The translations under genes and the position numbers were made by a program. 64,000 bases of DNA from Malacoraja senta (lineage: Eukaryota), in contig CM075992.1 in NCBI GenBank assembly GCA_038087875.1, positions 7,008,001 through 7,072,000 on the forward strand, given 5' to 3'. Under the pieces are notes generated by a model. That model had not been told where the DNA came from. It did not search any database and saw nothing but the letters and a program-made list of their open reading frames with translations. Numbering within the stretch: the first letter of the stretch is position 1; the number at the start of each line of letters is the position of its first letter. Shown in pieces: positions 54,271 through 64,000 of the stretch.

Positions 54271-54564
54271 GATCTCCGCTAGAGACTCGAGTTAGCATCA
54301 TTGGAGTGTGAAAAACTGCTGAAGATGCTGGCTGTCCACACGGTGACCTTCTCTAGAACTGGAAGAGTGCAGACGTCAAATGAAACTCACAGTTCAGGTT
54401 CGTGCATGGTAAAAACAACTTGAACAAGGTGCAGGGTGACACAGTGGTTTGTGGGAACCAAGTTTAGGATCTTGCACGAAACTACTTTTGTCTACGTGGT
54501 TCGGATTAAAAGATAAATGTTGGAAATGCATATTTACTGGAAAGAATTCAAAGATCGTGCTTAC

Positions 54565-54691
54565 CTCGACTACGCCGCACCATCTCTTGGCGAGCACTTA
54601 CAGTGCCGAGAATGGCCTCTTCTAACCGGGCTTTCATGTCTTGGGATTTCTTAAATGTTAGGCTATTAATCCGTTCAAAAGCTTTCTTACC
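54565..54691 (-). CDS. DOCK6: DOCK6 exon: [42 protein letters not shown]
   Basis: tttcag / GTAAGC, 127 nt phase 0-1; KKAFERINS and MKARL are DOCK6-type residues. Confidence 0.93.
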
Positions 54692-54843
54692 CTGAAACCA
54701 AAACCAAAAAAATACCCTGAAAATCTTAATACTCACAAAATGATTTCCTTCTGCCTTAGTCTTGGCTTGTTTCATTTGAAGAAATGAAGGAGTACATTCT
54801 GCAACAGAGCAGTTGCTTGATATTATGAACTACACAATTCTTA

Positions 54844-55043
54844 NNNNNNNNNNNNNNNNNNNNNNNNNNNNNNNNNNNNNNNNNNNNNNNNNNNNNNNNN
54901 NNNNNNNNNNNNNNNNNNNNNNNNNNNNNNNNNNNNNNNNNNNNNNNNNNNNNNNNNNNNNNNNNNNNNNNNNNNNNNNNNNNNNNNNNNNNNNNNNNNN
55001 NNNNNNNNNNNNNNNNNNNNNNNNNNNNNNNNNNNNNNNNNNN
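54844..55043. other. Assembly gap (200 N)
   Basis: N run; the flanking exons join without missing residues (CFEYK|GKKAF). Confidence 1.
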
Positions 55044-55427
55044 CTGGGGGGAGGGGGGGGTGAACTAGGGGGGGGGGGGGGGGGTATCGCTAGTGTGTGC
55101 GCATTACGCATGCATGGTGCGCGATGACATAGGCAGTGACGCGGCGTCGCAGGATTTTGTGATGTACAAAATCTTTGCGCGCCATCTGCGTGACGCGCAA
55201 ATGACGGCCAAGTGGGACAGGCTCTTTAGTGTGTGGGGATCGCTGGTCGGTGCAGACTCGGTGGGCCGAAGGGCCTGTTTCCGCACTGTATTTCTGAACC
55301 AAACTAACCAGACACAAGGGGGGCATCAAACAAAAATACACCACCACAACTCGATGAAGTAGCTATCTCAGACCTGCCAAATAAAAGGTAGTTATTTTTT
55401 TTAAATTGCCCACAGCTGTGAATTTAC

Positions 55428-55610
55428 CTTGTATTCAAAGCAGGATATGCAGAGGTACAATAGATCAAGCAGGCGGTTTAGCTGGAACACTGAGAGATCT
55501 GTGAACCACTTCTGCAGGATCTCCTCGTCTGCATTCTTCAGGACCCAGAGGAAACAGATGAGAAGGATGCGACTGGATTCAGCTGACAGTGTTGAGTACT
55601 GCCGGCTAGG
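55428..55610 (-). CDS. DOCK6: DOCK6 exon: [28 protein letters not shown]...[15 protein letters not shown]
   Basis: tag / GTAAAT, 183 nt phase 0-0. Confidence 0.92.
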
Positions 55611-56269
55611 CTACAAAGGTACAGAGTATGAATTACAATTCATCCAGCTGTTGCATGACTTCAGGAGGAATGTCTGCAGTTAAACAACAATACGGTTCAT
55701 TAAGTGTAAATCAGTTTCAGTTTGATAACTCTAATTTGGATAAAATATAAATTATTTTTAGTTAAGATAATGTTATTTCCTTTAAGTAGAAATTAGCTTG
55801 TACCAACCACAGTTACATGTGCTAATATTCACGTGTGGCTTGATAGTACAGCGGATTAGTTAATGTTTTTTTCTGTCACTGAAAGGGCAAAATACAATAT
55901 AAATAAGAAACTCATGCATCTGGAAAAATCAACACTCCTCCCATTATAAAATCCAGCTAGACATCCACTTGATTTCAGCATTTCATAACTTCATTGTATA
56001 GGAAGGAACTGCAGATGCTTGTTTACACCAAATATAGCCACAAAATGCTGGAGTAACTCAGTGGGTCAGGCAGCAACTCTGGAGAAAAGGAATAAGTGAT
56101 GCTTTGGGTCGAGACCCTTCTTGAGAAGGGACCCATTGAATTACTCCAGCATTTCGTGTCTGTCTTTCATAACTTCATGGTTCCATTCTGAAGTCCATTC
56201 CATTTGTTAACTGAGAAAATTCCCACTCTGGTTGAAAGCTTGTTTTGTTTTTTAATGACACGCAAGAGG

Positions 56270-57311
56270 TAGGTATGTTACAATACTTACCTTCAGAGGC
56301 GCTGTAATTCTGCCACTGGCCGTGTGCGCGATTTTGGCGCCTTTAAGGGGGGGGGAGGGTTTAAAACGCGGGTTTCTCCTACCTTGTCCTGTATTATATT
56401 TCGTTGGAGTACAAGCGTTTGCTGAAAAATCGTTCCTAGGGGCGTTTTTGTGTATTTTTTATTTTATTAAATCGACAATGTCAGTGCTGGAGTCATTTTA
56501 AAATCAGCTTCTGAAGCCGTCAACGCCGACAACGGGGACGGATTTCACACACGGGACAGGTAAACGAAAGTGGTTTATTTTAATGTATAAAAGTGCTTCT
56601 TAAGAAGCCTTTAATTAATATTTTTTCATGCAAAACGGTTATTTTATTCCCCGAACTAACGGCAGAATTTTTCATGCCGATACGGGGTTAAATTCACCGC
56701 AAATCAACGTTCCAAATGACCGCGTTCCAGAAATCCTCACTCGCAAAATGATTTAAATGCCCATTAATTTGCAGGTATTAAACATTCAATTCCTTCCATT
56801 TTGGCCTGTAAATTCATGACAATGAGATTTAAAAATTATGTGATATTGTGAATTCTTGTGTGAATGTTATTTGGACACAGGCTATTTAAAAATGTTAATC
56901 TATTCTTAAGAAATTGATAGATGTTTAGATCTAGTAATTGAATTTTGTAATTAGCTACAATTGGGTAACAAACTAATTATATGCTTTAATTTCATGTCTT
57001 CTAAGTAAGATTGTTTCATATTTGTTTCAGAATGCTTCAATCTATAATAACTGAAAATTTCTTTCAGTTCTCTTAATTTTTAAGAAAGTTATGGGCTTTT
57101 GACTGTCCTCGATCACAGCTTTTGTTAAGTCAATGGAAAAGCAATAGGGAACAAGATGCTAATTTCCGAGTATGAAAATGGCCATAACATTTTTAATACT
57201 GAAGATATGAAAGTGAATTAGGTGTCAGATTAAAACTTCTTTTTATGCTTTATCTGATGGGATAAATTGCAGACTTTATTTTTAAAATCTCAAAATTTTG
57301 TAACATTGCTA
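56270..57311. mobile_element. Non-autonomous hAT-like DNA transposon (~1.04 kb)
   Basis: Termini taggtatgttacaa / ttgtaacattgcta; caagagg duplicated at 56263 and 57312; no ORF. Confidence 0.7.
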
Positions 57312-58135
57312 CAAGAGGTATCTCCAAAAATCTTTCTTGGACAATTCAAACAAAATATCAAAACGACAGGGCAAGGAAACCTGTCAGTCCCCTCACATGG
57401 GGAATGATATATGGAGGGAAGAGTAAGGGCAGAATGGAACAAGTGAAATGTCCTTCAGAAATCTGATGCCTTTATTTCTACCATATTTCCTCACAATTTG
57501 TACTTTTTTTCAAGGTCTCTGGTATTCATTCCTCACTGAACCGTGGCGATCGTGGCCTTAATATTTAATGTGTGGATAAATTGACTGGAAAAATAAAATC
57601 AGCTACCATCCAGAGCAGAAGAATCGTAGCCAGCTATGATAATGATCGAGGCTAGAGAGATTAAATCCTTGCGACACAATACTGGGTATGTGATTTACTA
57701 ACTCACCCACCCAGTTTACGAGTTTGTCTTTATCTGTAATGAATGCTCAACACAAATAAATAAACCGATGAGCATTAATGGGAATCAGTTCGTTCAACTG
57801 TACACCCATCACCATTTGGTATCTTACCCAGGGCTACCAACATTGGGTGAGAGTTGAGAGGTGAGAAATCTGGACCCACCCTACGACAATGTCTACGACA
57901 AGCTTCCAACTATTCGACGTCGCTGCGACAAGCTACGTCGACCGGCGACACAATTCCTCGCGAATTGGGACGACCACACCTACGACAACACAGGCCGACA
58001 CCTACGATAACCAAAGTCAACTTACGTCCACTCGAGATACGACAAGCTACGACCCTGTCGGCGACAACTGAACACGAATTGCGAGAAATGCATGAGTCTC
58101 ACGCTCAATGCGAGAGAGTTGGCAGCACTGCTTAC

Positions 58136-58290
58136 CACAACAGGGACCTGGAACGGGGCGTTCCTGTTTGGATGGGGCACAGGCGATCCTGCTATTGCCA
58201 TGGCGATGGTCGGACTGATCATGTTGCTGTTCTCGTTGTCCACTTCATCCATCACTGACGCAGCCAGGCGTCCCTTCGGGTTGCCGTTTT
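58136..58290 (-). CDS. DOCK6: DOCK6 exon: ENGNPKGRLAAS...MISPTIAMAIAGSPVP...QVPVV
   Basis: cag / GTAAGC, 155 nt phase 1-0; AMAIAG motif. Confidence 0.88.
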
Positions 58291-59489
58291 CTGTTGAGGA
58301 ACAGAGGCAACGAGTATTTCCAGTCACTTGCACATTACGTTTGCTGGGATCACAACATTATGGGTGACCTTGCAATGGCTCCCACTGGTCGCAAGAATGC
58401 CAATCTCCACATCTGTGAATTACATTTCAACTACTTGCTGGACTTCTTCCGCCTACCCTTTTATGTTGAATTCTTTCATCTTCCCCCTTCCCAAGTTTTC
58501 TTTCAGTCGCTGTTGAATAATCCCGGTATGTCAGAAGGCTAATCTCATATCCCAATGGTGCCTTGATCTTCTCTCTTTCTGTAACTTCTCCAGCTGTACA
58601 GTCCTCAGACATGCATATACCTTCGAATCTCATCTCTTGCCCACCCCTAATGTTACTTGTTTCATTAATTGGAAGCTTCATGTTTAACTACAAGACCAGA
58701 ATCCTGCAATTATTTTCCTAAATCTCTAAAGGGCTCTCCTTCCTCAAGCCATTGCCCAAAATCTGCCTCTTTTTGTGTCATCGGTTGTGGAGAGAAGGCT
58801 GGACAATGGGGTTGTGAGGAAAAGATGATTGAATGGCAGAGTAGACTTGATGCGCCGAATGGCCTAATTCTGCTCCTGTCACATGAATTTATGAACTCTT
58901 TGAGCAAGTTTTTGCTCATCCCTAATGTATGCACCATAAAACTTTATTTGATAACATTGCTGTGAATAGTCCCAGGCTTTTACACTGCACTATGAATGTA
59001 TATAACTGTCATTTTTGCTCCAAGTGTTTTGTGAACAAGTGCTTTGCCTACACTGGGCAAGGCAGGAGGTCACGTCCTTGTAGCACTGTTCTGTTTACTT
59101 TAGAGATACAGCATGGAAAAATGCCCTTCGGCCCACTTTGTTCATGCCGAGCACTGATCACCCATTCCGCACTGCTTTACACTAGTTCCATGTTATCCCA
59201 CTTTCTCATCCAAATCTTACACACTAGGGGCAATTTACAGAGGACAATTAACCTACAAACTCGCCGTTTGGGGGATGTGGGAGGAAATCGGAGCACCCAG
59301 GGGAAATCCTTGTGGTCTCCATATGTGTAAGCTCCATACAGACAGCACCTGAGGTAAGGATTGAAGCCAGGTCTCTGGTGCCGTGAGGCAGCAGCTCCAC
59401 CAGCTGTGCCACCTAATACACTGAACCATGAATTACAGTTAACTTTGATCACCAAGCAATGTTACAAAAGCCCAATTAGGTTCTGTTAG

Positions 59490-60447
59490 ACAAAAATGCT
59501 GGAGAAACTCAGCGGGTGAGGCAGCATCTATGGAGCGAAGGAAATAGGCGATGTTTCGGGGTCGAGACCCTTCTTCAGACTGATGTGGGGGTGGGGCGGA
59601 AGAAGAAAGGAAGAGGCGGAGACAGTGGGCTGTGGGATAGCTGGGAAAGGGAGGGGAAAGAAGGGACTATCTAAAATTGGAGACGTCAATGTTCATACCA
59701 TTGGGGTGTAAACAGCCCAAGCGAAATACGAGGTGCTGCTCCTCTAATTTATGGTGGGCCTCACTCTGACCATGGAGGAGGCCCAGGACAGAAAGGTCGG
59801 ATTCGGAATGGGAGGGGGAGTTGAAGTGCTGAGCCACCGGGAGATCAGCTTGGTTAATGTGAACCCAGCGGAGGTGTTGGGCGAAGCGATCGCCAAGCCT
59901 ACGCTTGGTCTCACCGATGTAGAGCAGCTGACACCCAGAGCAGCGGATGCAATAGATGAGGTTGGAGGAGGTTGCAGGTGAACCTCTGCTGCACCTGGAA
60001 AGACTGCTTGGGGTCCTTGGATTGAGTCAAGGGGGGAGGTAAAGCGACAAGTGTAGCATTTCCTGCGGTTGCAAGGGAAAGTGCCAGGGGTGGTTTGGGT
60101 GGGAAGGGCCGAATTGGCCAGGGAGTTACGGAGGGAGCGGTCTCTGCGGAAAGCCGAAAGGGGAGGAGATGGGAAGATATAGGGATGAATTGACCAGGAA
60201 GTTACGGAGGGAGCGGTCTCTGCGGAAAGCCGAAAGGGGAGGAGATGGGAAGATGTGGCCAGTGGTGGGTTACCCGTTGGAGGTGGCGAAAATCTCGGAG
60301 GATTATTTGTTGTACGTGACGGCTGGTAGGGTGGAGGGTGAGGACAAGGGGGACTCTGCCCTTGATACAAGTGGGTGGATGGGGAGTGAGAGCAGAGTTA
60401 CGGGGTATAGAAGAGACCCTGGTGAGAGCCTCATCTATAGTAGAAGA
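59490..60447 (-). mobile_element. 5'-truncated Penelope-like retroelement (GIY-YIG endonuclease region plus 3' pLTR with hammerhead motif)
   Basis: GTFPCNRRKCYTC then frameshifted IY...YIGET motif; ctgttag duplicated at 59483-89 and 60448-54; internal 76-bp duplication at ~60111-60255. Confidence 0.85.
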
Positions 60448-60466
60448 CTGTTAGTTGCTTTCCTAC

Positions 60467-60637
60467 CTGTGAAGTCGTACAGCTGAGGCAGGGTGTCCAT
60501 CACGATGCCAATTAGTGGTAAATACAGCTTGGCAAACATGAGCTTTGACCTCACTATCCGTGTACCGAGAGTCTGCATCATGACTGCACAGCAGGTTATG
60601 GATTGCGCCAATCGCCTTTTTATGCAGAAAGAACAAA
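60467..60637 (-). CDS. DOCK6: DOCK6 exon: [56 protein letters not shown], containing a +1 frameshift
   Basis: ttccag / GTAGGA boundaries; 171 nt where 170 nt keeps frame; homology is split over two ORF-track frames. Confidence 0.88.
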
Positions 60638-61610
60638 CTGGAAAAGAAAATGTACGCACACACAGAAAGGGTCAGAAACACAATTAACCTTCCTCCTTCA
60701 TAAGCTTCTTTCCATTGCTATGGACTATTCCTTGGTATGTCAGAAGGCTGAACTCAAGTAAATGGTAATAATTTACCACAACTCCCTCTAATAGAGAATA
60801 TTAGTTTGTAATGAGCTGCATCATACCTTCACCCCCACATCACAAGGATGTACATAGAACAGTACAAACACAGGGACAGGCCCTTCTGTGCCAAATATGA
60901 TGCTAAGCTCAATTTTGGAGATACAGCGTGGAAACAGACCCTTCGGCCAACGATTCTGCGTCAACCAGTGATCACCCCATATACTAACCTACACACACAA
61001 GGGACAAGTTTACAACTTACCAAAGCAATTAAAATTACAAACCTTAAACATCTTTGGAGTGTGGGAAGAAACCGCAGCACCTGGGGAAAACCCATGGAGT
61101 CACAGAAAGTATGTACAAAGTCCATACACACAGCACCTGTAGTCAGATCAAACCCAAGGTCACTTGCGCTATTAGACATCAACTCTACCATTGCGTCACT
61201 ATGCCACCCACTAATCCCATCTGCCTGAATATGATCCATATCCTTCCATTCCCTGCATGTTCATGTGCCTGTCTGAAAGTCTCTTAAATGTCACTTACGT
61301 ATCTGCTTCCACCATCACCTGTTCCAGGTACCCACCACTGTGGTGAAAACTGGCAGCTTACTGACAGGTTACTGGCAAATGCCATGTTGGAGTCCATCAC
61401 AGCTGACTTACCCTGTCAGCTGCTCAGAAATGAACTGGACAGTGGATCCTGGGCTATTTACCAAAACACTGATGCTAATCATCTCACCCCTACTGAGTGA
61501 AAAGCCCATCCAAGCAGGGGATTAATAGGGGCTACAGATTAATTTGATGTATCTCCACATAACTAACGGTACCTTCACTCCGTTTGGCAATGCAAATAAG
61601 ATGTTTTTAC

Positions 61611-61750
61611 CCTTCGACGTCTGGTTCCAGGATCAAGGCCAGCTCAGTCAATAGCAGCCCCACTAGAAAGTGCTGCTGTCGAAAAGGCACCGACATCTCA
61701 AACATGTTGGCTATCTTCTGATCTTGGACGAGAGTGGAAAAGCCCGAACT
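61611..61750 (-). CDS. DOCK6: DOCK6 exon: [47 protein letters not shown]
   Basis: tttcag / GT boundaries, 140 nt phase 0-2. Confidence 0.9.
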
Positions 61751-63758
61751 CTGAAAATTGAAGTACAGTACAACATCTGTGTCAGCAGCAAATCAATCAC
61801 AGTTCACAAGCCATTGGTCTTGCAGGACAAATTTAATTCCTTGCATTATTTACATTAAAACATCTGCTCTTAAATAAGAATCCAAGAGATGCTGCATTTA
61901 GAGTTATGAAAAAGTTATAGAACACTTCACAGTTGCTGCCTTACAGCGCCAGAGACCCGGGTTCAATCCTGACCACGGGTGCTGTCTGTGCATAGTTTGT
62001 ACGTTCTCCCCGTGACCTGTGTGGGTTTTCTCTGGGATCTCTGGTTTCCTCCCACACTCCAAAGTCGTACAGGTTTGTAGGTTAATTGGCTTTGGCATAC
62101 TTGTTCATTGTCACTAGCGTGTGTAGGGTTATGTTAGTGTGCAGGGGTCGCTGGTCGGCGCGGACTGGGTTGGCAGAAGGGCCTGTTTCCGTGCTGTATC
62201 TCTAAACTAAACTATCAAATGAAGGGGGCAGATGGCATGGGCGCACAAATCAGCAGACTGAATCAGTCTGAAGATGGGTTTTGCATCACCTGTCCATGTT
62301 ATCCAAAGATGCTAACTGACCCGCTGAGTTACTCCAGCACTCTGTCCTTTTATGTAGTAACTACCATCTGCAGGTCTTTGTTTCAACTACGTACAATGAT
62401 AATACATTGCTCGGTTAAAACTGATAATCGGCAATAAGCATGGATACCATTCTCCCCTGTAAGGTCCATAATAACGAGGGTTTACTGTATAGAACACTTC
62501 ACTGTTAACTATTAAATGAAGGGTGCAGATAGCATGGGCTCACAATTCAGCCTGCACGGCCCTCTAGAAATATCACAGTATCAGACACCATTCAGTTGGC
62601 ATTTTGCACAATCAGATCAAAATCATGTGGAACCTTTACCTCTGGAGTATATGCCAGAATGTTAAAACAAAAGCCATTGTTAAATAAAAGTCCAATGTTC
62701 AATTTTGGCTCAGTGCCAAGCATCTAGATTGGTAAAATTAAAAAATATCTGGGACTTTGACGGCTCCTTGACATCCTGAATGACCCCGACAACAGGGAGC
62801 AGTATTTATCTGTCAAACCATCTCAACGTAAACCAGGCCAGTGATGCACAAATTATGATCCACAATGTGGCAACGTGGGACAGGCAGCATCTCTGGAGAG
62901 AAGGAATGGGTGACGATTCGGGTCGAGACCCTTCTTCAGGCTCCCCTGACATCAGTTTGAAGGAGGGTCTCGACCCGAAACGTCAGCTATTCCTTCTGTC
63001 CAAAGATGCTGCCTGTCCTGCTGAGTTGCTCCAGCATTTTGTGTCTACCTTCGATTTGAACCAGCATCTGCAGTTCTTTCCCTGACTAGATGAGCAGTTT
63101 CCGATACTACTGTGCATAAGGCCTGGGACATTGTACATGATCTTCTTCTTTCATCTTGCAGTAGTTTAGTTCAGCTTAGAGATACAGTGCGGTAACGGGC
63201 CCTTGGGCCCACTGTATCCGCACCGACCCGCGAACCTCGTGTACTAACACTATCCTACACACCAGGGACAATTTTACCGAAGCCAATTAACCGACAAACC
63301 TATAGGTCTTTGGAATGTGGGAGGAAATCGGAGCAAATCCACAAGGCCACGGGGAGAACGTACAAACTCTGTACAGACAACACCCATAGTCAGGATCTAA
63401 CCCGGATCTCTGGCGCTGTAAGGCAGCAACTCTACACCTGCGCCACCATACAAATGATACTATTGACCATTGTAGATGTGCTGAATCTTTGAACGGATGA
63501 TTAATTTAGTGGCATTCTCCTGGCCTTTCCCTGCAGCTCTGCAAATTTCCCCGCATCTTTATCCAATTCCCCTTTGAATGCTGTTCTTCAATTTGCTCTC
63601 ACCATTCTTCCCAGCAGCATATTCGAGATTGTAATAAATGGATGCACAAAATATATTATTTTGTCTCCAGTTTCTTTCACTTGCTTGATATTTGTATCGT
63701 CACTCTGCTGAAAATGTATCACCAGGAGTTGAAGGGGCAGCATTAGAACTGTACTTAC

Positions 63759-63929
63759 CTGGGAGGTAGCTGAGGAGACGGATGGGGATGGAGAGGCAGG
63801 GGGAGATAGTGTGCTGCACGGGAGGTTTAGCGTGATGTAGTGCTCGTGGCTGCAGATGATGCGAATGAAGTCCAGTCGCAGAGCAATAAGGGCATGAGGG
63901 TTCTGTGCTGCCTGCAATTTATTGCTGAC
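63759..63929 (-). CDS. DOCK6: DOCK6 (DOCK-C GEF) exon, first in window: VSNKLQ...[11 protein letters not shown]...SSATSQ; gene continues beyond the right edge
   Basis: AG at 63931-30, GTAAGT donor, 171 nt phase 0-0; matches recalled DOCK6/7 sequence. Confidence 0.9.
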
Positions 63930-64000
63930 CTTCGGATAAAAGAAAACAATGAGAGTATTAATACCAGCCTGGAACAGCATCAGTCAGAGATATCCACATG

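Noticed and set aside
54391..54418. AG/GTGAGT-bounded 28-nt segment at about the position where DOCK7 has an optional exon
   Set aside because: Not a multiple of 3, no similarity to the DOCK7 peptide, and the flanking exons already join in frame
51357..55084. Poly-G runs (~51357, 52917, 53764, 55046) as functional G-quadruplexes
   Set aside because: Simple homopolymers of unreliable length, one adjoining a gap; no supporting evidence
57867..58070. CpG-rich ctacgacaa repeats as a CpG island or promoter
   Set aside because: The repeated-motif pattern fits an internal fragment of a Harbinger-type MITE, as at 55090-55223

Overview
This is vertebrate genomic DNA, most likely from a cartilaginous fish (skate/ray-like), judged from HE1-type SINEs, CR1/HER1 LINEs and Penelope-derived repeats. 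The window holds the 3' half of a DOCK-C family GEF gene on the minus strand, best matching DOCK6. I traced 23 GT-AG coding exons from 63929 to the stop codon at 17697 (about 1024 aa, including the DHR-2 catalytic domain), followed by a probable ~3.9 kb 3' UTR. One exon carries a +1 frameshift (60534-60536), either an assembly error or a null allele. A 15-nt SSGWE microexon appears coupled to a 9-nt alternative acceptor. Introns and intergenic DNA are dense in TEs: a full-length Passport-like Tc1, a Penelope-like element with >20 short derivatives bearing minimal hammerhead-ribozyme motifs, a young CR1 with a structured 3' UTR nested in a 38-bp tandem array, a bipartite RTE SINE, an L1 fragment, Harbinger MITEs and a hAT-like element. 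A possible promoter/first exon of the next minus-strand gene (KANK2 expected by synteny) lies at the left edge. Two 200-N gaps do not interrupt the exon chain. All family assignments are from recalled sequences, not database searches.
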